A DNA stretch of 38,636 nt from Neoconidiobolus thromboides FSU 785 (lineage: Eukaryota; Fungi; Entomophthoromycota), in contig MU626440.1 of NCBI GenBank assembly GCA_025603075.1, positions 1 through 38,636 on the forward strand. Direction: 5' to 3'. The number at the start of each line of letters is the position of its first letter. Position 1 is the first letter of the stretch. Position numbers and translations under genes: made by a program. The notes below the pieces were generated by a model. That model did no database searches. It had not been told where the DNA came from and saw only the letters and a program-made list of their open reading frames with translations. Of the stretch, positions 1 through 11,324 are shown piece by piece.

Positions 1-567
1 TGTGAAATCTGGTACTCAGGGTTTGGAGTCAAAAATAGCTATTGCTGGGTTGCCTACACTATAAGTCGAAAGGCCTTAGTTTATGTGACTAAGATAGGCT
101 TGGATTATGAAGAATAGCATGTAATAGGTTACAGACTATGTAAAACAAATAGAATAGACAATACTAATGTAAAATCTATGTAAAATACTATTAAGAAAAC
201 TTAGTGACTTTATTAAATGTTCGAGATATCACGGAATAATTCAGTTAAAAAGCCTTGAACTACTATACGGGGGTGTTTTTTTGTGTTTAAGAATTTTACT
301 AACAACCTTTCCACTCAAATAGTGCTTAAAAAATGGAAAAAATAATGAAATCAAAAAAAACACTCCCATACTCTAAAATCTCTTTTATACTCTGACAAAT
401 GCAAGTATCAAAGGGAGAAGATAATATTCTTTGGGATGAAGCTAGGAATTCTCTTAGCAAATCAAACTAAGAATGTGGGATCGATTTTCTCTGAACTTGA
501 GAACACAACAGCTTAGACGATTATTATACTATAATTAACCATGGGACTGACAAAGCGATATTTCACA
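1..567. mobile_element. Solo LTR copy A (464 bp once the nested MITE and one TA are removed)
   Basis: Begins TGTGAAAT at base 1 and ends ATTTCACA at 567, giving TG...CA ends with an 8-bp inverted repeat. Hand alignment to the reverse complement of 19790-20253 is colinear and gapless apart from the MITE, about 90% identical. The left flank lies outside the window. Confidence 0.8.
268..368 (+). mobile_element. ~100-bp MITE copy 1, nested in solo LTR A
   Basis: Terminal inverted repeats CGGGGGTGTTTTTT...AAAAAAACACTCCCA, flanked by TA at 266-267 and 369-370. The paralogous LTR B has a single TA at 19987-19988 (empty site). Confidence 0.9.
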
Positions 568-933
568 CTTATGAAGATAACAGAGAATTTAAAAATTTCG
601 ATATTTACTAAGCAATTAAGTAGTTTGTTAAATGATAGAATAGATTATTAAATGTTAAGATTACTTGAGTTATTAATAGCTGAGTTAATAAATAGTTAAA
701 GAACAAGTAATTGTAATAATATGTAAAAGCTATTATTACTTGTACTACATAGAGATGGTTAATTATAGTTTTGGGGCTAACCACTCGTTCCCATGCAGCT
801 ATTTATTAACTTAGGAATATATCAATAATATAATTATAATATTAAAATAATTTATTTATTTGATAACAAATCTGCAATGTTGGTTATAAAGCAGTTGATA
901 ATAAATATTTCTCAATAAAGTTTTATAAGAATA

Positions 934-1032
934 TGGGGATGTTTTTTTTGGTTTCATTATTTTTCCATTTCTTAAGCGCTATTTGAGTGGAAAGATGTTG
1001 GTAAAATTTTTAAACAAAAAAATACATCCCCA
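934..1032 (-). mobile_element. MITE copy 2
   Basis: TGGGGATGTTTT...AAAATACATCCCCA with TA on both sides (932-933, 1033-1034). Reverse-complement match to copy 1. Confidence 0.9.
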
Positions 1033-1106
1033 TATGTGTTTAAAATCTAGTAGAAATTCAACTAACTTACAGTATAAACTATAATAGAATGATTTAGAAC
1101 TGTGTC

Positions 1107-1221
1107 CGGGTGCTTTTGTTTTAATAAAAAATTTGTTTTTATAGAATTTTAGGCGAAGTTTTTAAAATACAAATTTTTTTAAAAATTGGATAAAATAATG
1201 AAACTAATTCAGACGACCCCA
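1107..1221 (+). mobile_element. Possible degenerate MITE-related copy
   Basis: The 3' part AAAAATTGGATAAAATAATGAAACT...GACCCCA|TA resembles the MITE right end. The left end is poorly defined. Confidence 0.35.
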
Positions 1222-1945
1222 TATAAAGATCTTTTGCATTTACTGCATTTTGTTTTATTTCCATAGGTGAACTTTAACAATAGCAGTATAATTACTAATA
1301 ATATGATAGTGAATAATAAAGTAAAGTATAGATTACTATATTGATTAGAAGTTTAATTAAATTCAAATAAAGCAATATAATGGATTTATATAGTTTATAT
1401 TTACTTTTATTTATACCCATTAAAGTAATATAAATTAAATTTTAACTGATTTAACTATTAAATTTAAAAATAAAATCCTCTATTTAACAAATATATCAAC
1501 TTTGAACATTAGCTTTATTTTATCATCATGTTATTTTTACTACTATGATAAAGTTGAACCTAATAAACATCAAATAATTAAAGTTTATACTATTATATTC
1601 ATAAATGGGTAATTTGTAATTAACAGCTTCTTTACTAAATTGCCAATAACTTGTAATTAAACCAACCATCTTTGGAATAAAATATTAAACTCTTAAACCT
1701 GATAACTTTAATATCCATTTTAAACCTATTGAAATTTTTAAATTTTTGTTTTATTTTATTTTTATTCATAGCAAACAGAGACAACTTAAAATCCATAAAA
1801 TATGAAGCATTTGAAATATAAAAAAATCATGCTTATTTGAGAGTTTATAATAATTAAAGTAAGCTATAATAGATAACAAATGAAATATTACTCATTTTTA
1901 AAGTAAACCAAATAATAGTTTTAAATATATATATAACGCTAATTT

Positions 1946-2969
1946 TTAAATGGTTTCTTCTGGAAGTTCAAATTCATCAATCTCTTTAAATAATTCCACT
2001 TTTTTCTCAATTTCTTCTTCAATCTAAAAATGAGATATATTAATATTTTTATGATAAATTTTAATATTTACTTACATTTTTTTCAACTTTGACTCGATTT
2101 TTTCCTTTTTTGTTTTTTGTACCATATGTATTTTCTATATCGGTTGGCCTTTTATTTGCATTGATTGAATTTACACTAGTGTTATTTGAATTAGCCTTCT
2201 TTTCCTCAGTTTCTTGTTTGATTCTTCTGCTTAGCCTTGTATTTTTAGCAATTGGTTGATTGTTCACATCTGATTTCTGTTGATTAGTACTAATTTCCAA
2301 ACTACCAAAGCTACTATTTAAAGCTTCATCTTCTTGATTTTCTTGTTTATTAATAATATCTATTTCCTTCTTCACTTCAAATATATCATTATCTGGTCCA
2401 AAGACTTCCAAATAAGTATTAGCTCGTACTTTCTTTTCAGCAGCAAAAAATAAATTAGATAGATTCATACTTTTATCTTTATTTTTCGAGTCTTCTTCTT
2501 TTTTCATATCTATTGAATTCCTTCTAGTAGAACATCCAACTGCTACTTCTTCCAAAATATTAAAATCTTTATTTAAATCATAATTCTCAAAATCGTAATT
2601 TTCAACATTTCCAACAACTCCATTTTTTATTGATAACTCTTCAATAATTGATAATGCTTTTGAAGATCCACTACGTACACTATTTGTTCTTGAATATCTA
2701 CCTTTATCTCCCAAAGAGCCTAATAAACTATCTAAAGATAAATCTCTTTCAGTACCTTCTTCTTCATAAATATGACCCCCTTCGGTAAATGTGCTGGGTG
2801 TTTCACAACCTTCTAATAAATCCTTATTCTTTAATTCTAGTTGACCAAATACGATGTCAGTATCTTGGCTACTATCATTTACTATTCCATTATGATTGTT
2901 TCCATTTGAATGTACTTGATTAACAGTAGTATCCGCGTGTTTGACTTTCTTCCTTAAATTTCTCTTCAT
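1946..2969 (-). CDS. ~323-aa low-complexity protein with a Sororin-like C-terminal motif
   Basis: Exon 1 is 2969-2076 and a 52-nt GTAAGT...TTTTTAG intron spans 2075-2024 (phase 0). Exon 2, 2023-1946, encodes IEEEIEKKVELFKEIDEFELPEETI*. The CDS is well supported; the Sororin identity is inference. Confidence 0.7.
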
Positions 2970-3290
2970 AAAAAATAATAAAAATTAAAGTAAATTTTTG
3001 TTTACCAATTTTTGTTAATGAATCGTGATCATTAACATGACAACCAATCATACGCTTGAAATTATGGGATCTAATATTGATGAGTTTTCAAATACTAAGA
3101 ATGAACTATTCCAATGTAAAAACATCAAAATCAACAATAAAAGTCGCCAAATTTAGTAAATGAAATATATTTTTTGGTAATCAATGACCAATAAAAATCC
3201 AACTTTAAAAGCAAGGATAATTCGAATACAAAATCAACAAAATTAAGGGAGGAATTAAAAAAAGAAATTATTTTATTTTAAAATAATAAA
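2970..3290. promoter_or_regulatory. Bidirectional promoter shared by the Sororin-like gene and MCM4
   Basis: 321 bp between divergent ATGs, with four CCAAT boxes (3005, 3044, 3111, 3188) and an E2F-like TTTGGCG (minus strand, 3145-3151). Confidence 0.55.
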
Positions 3291-6215
3291 ATGTCCAACA
3301 ACAATACCCCACAGGATATATTTACACCAAATACTCAGGATGAAACACCATCTGAGCCAGCCTCCACCACCCCTGCATTAGCTAGTTTAGTTAATAGAGG
3401 TACACCTATGCTGAACATTGGTACCCCAGAAATTAATCCAAGTACACCTATTATTAATCCATTTGCTTCTGCAAATAGCGCTCGTTTTACACCATTACCA
3501 AATTCGTCTCAAAGTAATTTTCAAAATCCAAGTCAAAGACGTAATAACTTTGCTCCAGGTAAATCACTCTATTTTTATTAAATTTTATAATTTTAATTTA
3601 GTTTTTTATTAGATATGTCATCACCTTTAGTTTATCCTAATACTCAAGGAAGTAATCAATCCCCATTTTTAGTAAATACTCAAAGGTTTACAAGTACACC
3701 ACGTGTCAATCCTGGTTCCTCTCAATTATTTAATGACTTTGACACTCCAAGAATGTAGATATTTTATATTTTATTAAATAATCAAGTTATTAAGCTATTT
3801 TTTAATAGGTATCAACGAGGAGATGTTAATCCAGTTGGTTTAACTACTAGCTATGGTAGTTCTTCTGTACCTAATAATAATTCTCCAATGACACCTTTAG
3901 ATATTAATATCAATTTAAATAATGTACAAGGGCCAGTAGCACCAAGTGGAGATACTACACAAGTTATTTGGGGAACCACAGTGAATGTTCATGATTGCAT
4001 GAATCAATTTAGTCGCTTTTTAAATGAGTTTAAAAGAGAAGATTTTTTAAAATTGAATAATTTACCAGTATTAGAGGAAGATTTAAAACCATATTATATT
4101 GAACATATAAGTTCTATTGTTAATAATGACTTTTATAATTTAGATTTGGATTGTCAACATTTGTTAAGTTTTGAACCAACAATTCGATTATATTCTCAAT
4201 TAAAAAGTTACCCACAAGAAATTATTCCGTTAATGGATTATTGTTTAACTAATTTTTGTAATGAGTTATTAGAAAATAATTATGTTCGTACAATTCAAAG
4301 ACCATTAAGAGTACGTCCATTTAATCTAGGGAATAGTGTTAATATGAGAGAATTAAATCCAAAAGATATTGATCAATTAGTATCAATCAAAGGTTTATTA
4401 ATTCGTGCATCAAGTATTATTCCTGATATTAAAAAGGCTTATTTTCAATGTAAGATATGTGATCGTTCTTTATTTGTTGAAATCACCTCAGGAATTATAT
4501 TAGAACCAACTAAATGCCCCGAAGCAGCATGTCAAACTCCAAATTCAATGGTGATGATTCACAATCGTTGTATTTATGCTGATAAACAAATATCAAAATT
4601 ACAAGAAACTCCAGATATTATACCGGATGGTCAAACTCCACATTCAGTTTCTTTATGTCTTTATGATGAACTAGTAGATTCTTGTAAACCTGGTGATCGT
4701 TTAGAAGTTACTGGTGTATTTAGATCCACTCCTGTTCGTGTTAATCCACGTAAACGTACCGTTAAAGCATTATTTAAAACTTATATTGATGTAGTTCATA
4801 TAAAAACCATTACTTATGCTACTAAAAATGAAGCATCAACTAACAATGGTACAAGAAATAATGCTAGAATTAGTGAACGTGAAGTTGCTGAATTCGAAGA
4901 ATTGGCACGCTCAGAAGATGTTTATGAACGTTTAGCTAATTCAATTGCACCATCAATTTATGGTATGACTGATGTTAAAAAAGGTATATTACTTCAAATG
5001 TTTGGTGGGGAATCCAAATTATTTACTAATACCAATCAACGTCGTGCTAGAGGTGATATTCATATTTTATTAGTGGGTGATCCAGGTACTTCTAAATCTC
5101 AAATGTTACAATATGCTCATAGAATTGCGCCAAGAGGTATGTATACTAGTGGTAAAGGTTCTTCAGCTGTGGGTCTTACTGCTTACATAACACGTGACCC
5201 AGATACCAATCAATTAGTATTGGAATCTGGTGCCCTTGTTTTATCAGATGGTGGATTGTGTTGTATTGATGAGTTTGATAAAATGAGCGATGGTACAAGA
5301 TCTATTTTACATGAAGTTATGGAACAACAAACAGTATCTGTAGCTAAAGCAGGAATTATTACTACATTAAATGCTAGAACTTCCATTTTAGCTAGTGCTA
5401 ATCCAATTAATTCCAGTTGGTTAAGAGATTTATCTGTACCTCAAAATATTAATTTACCACCCTCTTTATTATCTAGGTTTGATTTAATTTATCTTATTTT
5501 AGATAAAGTCAATCCAGATGAAGATAGAAGACTTGCTCAACATTTAGTTTCTTTATATATTAATTCTAATGAGAGTCTTGTTGAAGGGAATTATTTACCA
5601 ACTCATACACTTAGTCGATATGTACAATATGCTAAGAGTACAAGAACTGAAATAACTGATGAAGCATCTAATAAATTAGTTAAAAACTATGTGGAATTAC
5701 GTAATCTAGGTAAAGAAAACTATAATCAAGAAACTCGAATTACAGCTACTACACGACAATTGGAATCTTTGATAAGATTATCTGAAGCTCATGCTAAAAT
5801 GAGATTAAGTCAATATGTAGAAGAAATGGATGTTGAAGAAGCATTTCGATTGTTAAGAGCAGCTATTCATTCTTCTGCAACTAATCCTAAAACAGGTAAA
5901 ATTGAATTAGATCAATTAGTAACAGGTATTTCTAGTGAAACTCGAGAAATTCGTAAACAAATTCAAAAAGCTATTGTCGAATTATTAGGTCAATCTGAGA
6001 ACCCAGTTCAATATTCAAGTAACCAACTAATTACCATTTTAAAAAACAATGCAGCTGCTTCTGGTCTTGTTGTTACTAAAACCGATTTTGAAGAAGCTAT
6101 TAATGAATTAGTTTCGAAAAATTTTGTTTTAAGTCAAGGTTCTCAAATGCGTGGAGGTCAACGTATGTTAACTCGTAATTTTGATAGAGGGTTTATATTG
6201 GAAGAAGATGATTAA
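3291..6215 (+). CDS. MCM4: DNA replication licensing factor MCM4 (~938 aa)
   Basis: Exons 3291-3558, 3613-3754, 3809-6215. SP/TP-rich N-tail, C4 zinc finger (CKIC...CPEAAC), Walker A GDPGTSKSQ, IDEFDKM and arginine finger SRFD. QVIWGT and DMSSPL are typical of MCM4. Confidence 0.97.
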
Positions 6216-6373
6216 ATCGTTTTATAAAATAAATAAAATATAAGCATATTTAGCAGAATATGAGTTTTTTGAAATTTATTGAATTATTTATTTTTTTGAA
6301 ATTTAATTTTGAATAACTCACTAAAAATAGAAAACTACTTTTTTCAAAAAAAATATCCAAAATAGTTTAAAAA

Positions 6374-7068
6374 ATGGATAGCTTTAAATTGCCACAAACA
6401 CCCGAAGAATTAGCGGATTTAGAGGTCGATAAAAATTGTGTATTCAAATCTGGAATGTCGGGAGTAATGGGTAAGTCTTAATTAACATTAATTTCACTTC
6501 TTCATACAATAAGTCAACAGCAACTTTTCATTTCAATCACCAATTTTTCAATAGTATAATCTCTAACATTCCCTTCCACCCTAGGTTTTGGTTTTGGTGG
6601 CGTATTTGGACTTGTTATGTCCTCCTTAGACTTTGGTGGACCAAGTTTGGATCCTAGGTTACACGATTTAAATACACGTCAACAATTAAAAATTATGGGT
6701 AAGGATATGTTAAAAAGGTCTTGGTCAAATGCCAAAAATTTTGGTTTAGTTGGTATGGTATTTTCTGGTTCCGAATGTGTAATTGAAGGGGTATGTTAAT
6801 AGATTTTTATTATCAGATAAGAGCTTTTTTAATAAAATACGATGATTTAGTATAGGGCTAGGTCCGATCTTTATAACTCGGCTTATGCTGGTTGCTTTAC
6901 TGGTGGGGTATTGGCTTTAAGAGGTGAGTTTGAATGGATTGTTATTATTTTATCATAAAGTTTTAATGTTTTATAATTATTTTAGCTGGTCCCTATGCAG
7001 CTATTCCAGGCTGTGCTGCCTTTGCTGCGTTTTCAGTAGCTATTGATTATTATATGAGAGATATTTAA
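6374..7068 (+). CDS. TIM22: Mitochondrial import inner membrane translocase Tim22 (~152 aa)
   Basis: Exons 6374-6470, 6585-6790, 6851-6923, 6986-7068. Motifs [40 protein letters not shown] and GCAAFAAFSVAIDYYMR. Confidence 0.93.
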
Positions 7069-7219
7069 ACAAAAGATAACAATTAAATAAAACATAGAAA
7101 TTTAAGACAATGCTTGATTTTAAACTTGAAAATAAAAAGAATCACTTTATAAAATATTGATTAATTTTTTAATTCCATATAGAGTTCAAATCAAAAACTC
7201 ACAAAAACAATAGAATTGT

Positions 7220-7808
7220 TTAAGCCAACCTTTGAATCACATGAACCCCTGAATCGGTAAATACAGGTTCTGAGATATCATTAACTTGTAAATTAAAAGC
7301 GGCTTCTTCAAATGGTTTTTGCATTTGACCTCTTGAAAAGAAACCTAAATCACCTCCATTTCTGGCGCTTGAACAATCTGAAAACTCTTTTGCAATAGCT
7401 TCAAATGTTTTTTCTCCAGATTTGATTTGCTGGATGTAACCCTCGATGATGTTTAAAGCTTCTTCTTTGGTGCGAGTAATATTCTCCTAAGAAAATTCGT
7501 TAACTTTTTTTCAATGCTTTTTAATTTCTAAATACAAGGATTAAGGGACAAATAGACAAATAGTTACTTACTTCTCTCCAAGAAGATGGTCTTCTACTAT
7601 CCTTGTGTTTAGCTAAGATATGTCGAGCTTGAACACGTGATTTGATTTCCGAAGTGATAATGCTACCTTCGGTGGGTGGCTCCCATTGACTTTGGCCTGT
7701 TTCTCGATTATAGTAGAATTTGACACCTTTTGATTTCGATACGTGTTCTTCCCACTATGGAAATAGTTCAATGAAAGTGGTCAAATTGAAGGAGTGATTG
7801 TTTACCAT
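7220..7808 (-). CDS. ESS1: Parvulin-type peptidyl-prolyl isomerase Pin1/Ess1 (~150 aa; WW + PPIase)
   Basis: Exons 7808-7806 (ATG only), 7754-7572, 7486-7220. WW domain [27 protein letters not shown]. PPIase motifs [41 protein letters not shown] and SGVHVI. Confidence 0.95.
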
Positions 7809-8143
7809 TTTATTTTAGCTTACTAGAAATTTAATAAAAATTTGATTAGGTTTAATGAACTTGAAAATTTTGATTGAAATTGGTAACAATGACGCAAATT
7901 GGAGAAATTTTTGAGAATGTTAAGGATTAAATATGTGCAAGAATAGGAGTTTGAAGTTTAGTTTTTTTTTTAAATAGTTAAAAATATATAAAAATGGGTA
8001 AATTCCAAATAAAATACAAAAGGTTTAAATTAGACTAACTATTAATCTAACTAGTTCAACTCATACCAGATAAAATCAAAGAAAATGCTAATTTACAATT
8101 ATCCTTATTAAACGGTGTGGAAGAGGGCAGTATTAATAATAAA

Positions 8144-11100
8144 ATGGAGGCATTAAAAACAATCAAAAATGAAGTTATTGGAAATCGAACTAAAAAGAAT
8201 TTATATGTACAAATTGGATTAATACCAAAGTAAATATATTATTGTTGTATATTAATTAAGAATGATTAAAGAGATTTAATACTTTAATTAAATTAGAATT
8301 ATTCAAATCATCTATACTAAAGAAGAAGAAAGCATGTCCGTGATTATTCAAGCGGTTATTGTTTTAGGTAGTTTAGCTTATGGTAAGAGATAAGAATTTA
8401 ACTGAAAGAAGAATTAAAAGAAGAATTAAAATAAAATCTATTTAATTTTAGGCTCCCCTGAAATAGTAAATGAATTAGTCCAACATAAAGCCATAGCCTC
8501 ATTGGTAGGGTGTATTGACTTAAATAAATATCCTTTAGAGTTAATCGAAGCAGCATCAAGGTCTTTAAAAGCATTATTACAACATTCTAAAGTAGATAGC
8601 GGCTTGATTTATAAGGTAAATAATTAGTAAAATAGAACAAAAAAAAGAATTTAAAGAAAATCATTTTCTATTTTTTTAGGATCCAAACTTGAAAAATATA
8701 ATATCATTATTAGAAATCAATGATTTAGATATTGATATTGAAAAAAAGCAAATACCTACTTTACATACAGCCGAATTAGCCGCTTTAATTTTAGCTAAAA
8801 GTTGTGATACTAATGATCGACAAAATCAACTAAAATCAAGAGATGTGATCCCATTATTGATTAATTTATTACAATCTAATTCTACTAAAGTAAGAATTAA
8901 AATCAATAAGATTTAAATTAGATAAAAACTGACAGAACTGATTTTTTATAGGCTAAAGAGGCCGCTTTGTTAGCTTTATCAGCTTTATGTAAAAAAAATA
9001 TTGATGTAGGGAGATGGGCTTTGACTATTCAATGTAAACCCAATATATTTATTAACATAAATTCGTAATCTTTTTTATTTAAAATTAGCTACTGGACCTG
9101 TTCCAACTGTCGATTTATTACTTAGTTTTGTACGTTCAATGAGTCCATCAATTCAATTAGCAGCTGCTTCTTGGTAAATTATTATTGTTATTTACTACCT
9201 AATTATTAAAATTTAATTTATTATTATTATTAAGTTTAACCAATTTACTACGATCTAAAGCATTGGAAGATAAAAATAGTGAAGTAGCTTTGATTTTAAT
9301 TCCAACCTTAGTCAAACTCCTTGAAGCCAATGGAAGCGTAAAAATAGAAGCGCCATTAATATTATCTGAATTAGTAGCGGAAGATGAAAAATTACAAAAA
9401 ACAGCGTGTGATTTAGATGCTATTACCAAATTATCAGAAGCCATTTCTAAGTTATCGGAATACAAACAGAACATTAATAATTTTTTTTATTATCAGCCAA
9501 AAGATAAGGATTTGTTCGAAGAAAATTCATTGATTGCTTTAGCTTCTATTGGTTCCTTAACAGAAGAATGTAGGGAGGCAGTAAAATTCTTTTAATATTT
9601 AAAATTGAGATTTATTTATATGTCTTTTTATTATTATTAAATTAAGATAATTGAAGCCAAATGTATGCCACGAATTATTGATGCTATATCTCATCCAAAA
9701 ACAGGAGTTAGAGCAGCAGCTTGTCAATGTGTAAGGTCATTATCAAGATCGGTTAGATACTTAAGAACGGAATTAATGGATGCTGGCTTATTTAAACCTT
9801 TGTTTAAGGTGAGTTTTTATATTATTATTGTTATTATTGTTTAAAATGAACAATAAAATTAATACAATATTTTTATTTAATTATGAATTTTTAGTTATTA
9901 GATGATGAAGATATAACTGTCAAAAGTGTAGCTGTGTCTACTTTGTGTAATGTAGTATTAAAATTTTCACCAATGAAAACAGTAAGAGTTAATTAATAGC
10001 AATGGAACTAACAGATATTAAATGTTTTATTTTTTATTTATTTTATCATTAGGATATTGTACAAAATGGAGGTATTGAAAAATTGGTAGCATTAGTTGAT
10101 GCATCAGATAAAGAATTAAGTTTGAATGCTATATGGGCATTAAAAAATTTAATCTTTAAATCAGATCCCTCAGTAAAAAGAAGTTTAATGTCAATTTTAG
10201 CTTATTCTAGGTTGGAAGAGTAAGTATTAATTGTATATTAAAAATAGACTATGTATTAATGAAATTTTTTTTCATTTAGATTTATTCTTAATGGATTGCC
10301 TGATGTACAAGAGCAGACATTAGGATTAGTCAGAAACCTATCATGTGGAGAGGAACCAGTAAGTTGGAATATTATAAAAAAGAATAGAATAAAAATAATT
10401 TTGATTTTTTTTAGGATCTTGATGAGTTGATTAATGGAATGGGTAGTAAAAGATTAGTTTCTTTATTAGAAAAGAAATTAGAATCTAATTTTACTAATAT
10501 TAAAATACAAGTAATTTAATTAATTTAATTATTCATATTTTTTTAAAATAATATACTAATATTATATTTTTATTTATTCATTAGACAATGTTTTGTGTAG
10601 TTAATATATCTACTGGAAATAAAGAACATAAATCTTTTATTATGAATTCAGGTAGTATTTTAACTAGTGTTAGAAGTGCTTTGGTAAGATTTATTAATTT
10701 GATACTATTAAATTAATATTAATCTTTATTTTAGAATCATGCTAATCAACAAGTAAGAGTAGCTGCAATTTGGGTAGTAATAAATTTGAGTTGGATTGAC
10801 GATAATCAAGAAGGTAGATTAATAATAATATATAATACAAAATCTTATTGGTTTTTTATTTTTCATTAAATATAGAATGTTTTCAAAGAATACGAAAATT
10901 AAAAGCAATGGGATTTGAAAGATTATTAGAAAATTTAGCTAAAGATAATAGCTTAGATGTTAAAGATAGAGCAAGAACAGCATTAAGTCATTTTAAAGCA
11001 GAGGCTCAACATGCCTTTGGTAACCGTAATATTGGATTTGAAAATCAAAGAAGATCGATTATTAGAGATCAACACAATCGAGACAATTTTTTAGATGATG

Positions 11101-11216
11101 AAGGTAAAATAATAATAATAATAATAATACATACATACTATAAAATTTAAGTTTAATGATAACGTAATTATGATATATTAATAATATTATTTATTTTAGG
11201 ACCTTTTGATCGATAA
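8144..11216 (+). CDS. ARMC8: Armadillo-repeat protein ARMC8/Vid28 (GID/CTLH E3 ligase subunit GID5)
   Basis: Multi-exon gene. N-terminal LKTIKNEVIGNRTKK, internal VRAAACQCVRSLSRSVRYLRT and LNAIWALKNL, C-terminal VRVAAIWVVINLSW. Last exon 11200-11216. Confidence 0.85.
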
Positions 11217-11324
11217 ATTTTTATTTTATCTTATTTTATTTTATTTCAGGATTCTCGATTCCTTTTTTTATTATTAAATTAAAACAATTTTATTTTTGTA
11301 ATTCTATTAATTTTAATTTTAATT

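Noticed and set aside
1500-1770. Minus-strand peptide KWILKLSGLRV*YFIPK resembling a gypsy RNase H tail
   Set aside because: Too short, lacks the following N..AD.LSR motif, and is compatible with chance.
3418-3612. 64-aa ORF overlapping MCM4 exon 1
   Set aside because: Alternative frame of MCM4 exon 1 running into intron 1; no independent evidence.
6471-6584. Longer-than-usual introns (TIM22 intron 1; also MTU1 intron 12829-12959) as possible snoRNA hosts
   Set aside because: No paired box C (RUGAUGA) and box D (CUGA), and no H/ACA hairpin architecture found.
9199-9474. 91-aa minus-strand ORF
   Set aside because: Antisense shadow of an ARMC8 exon.
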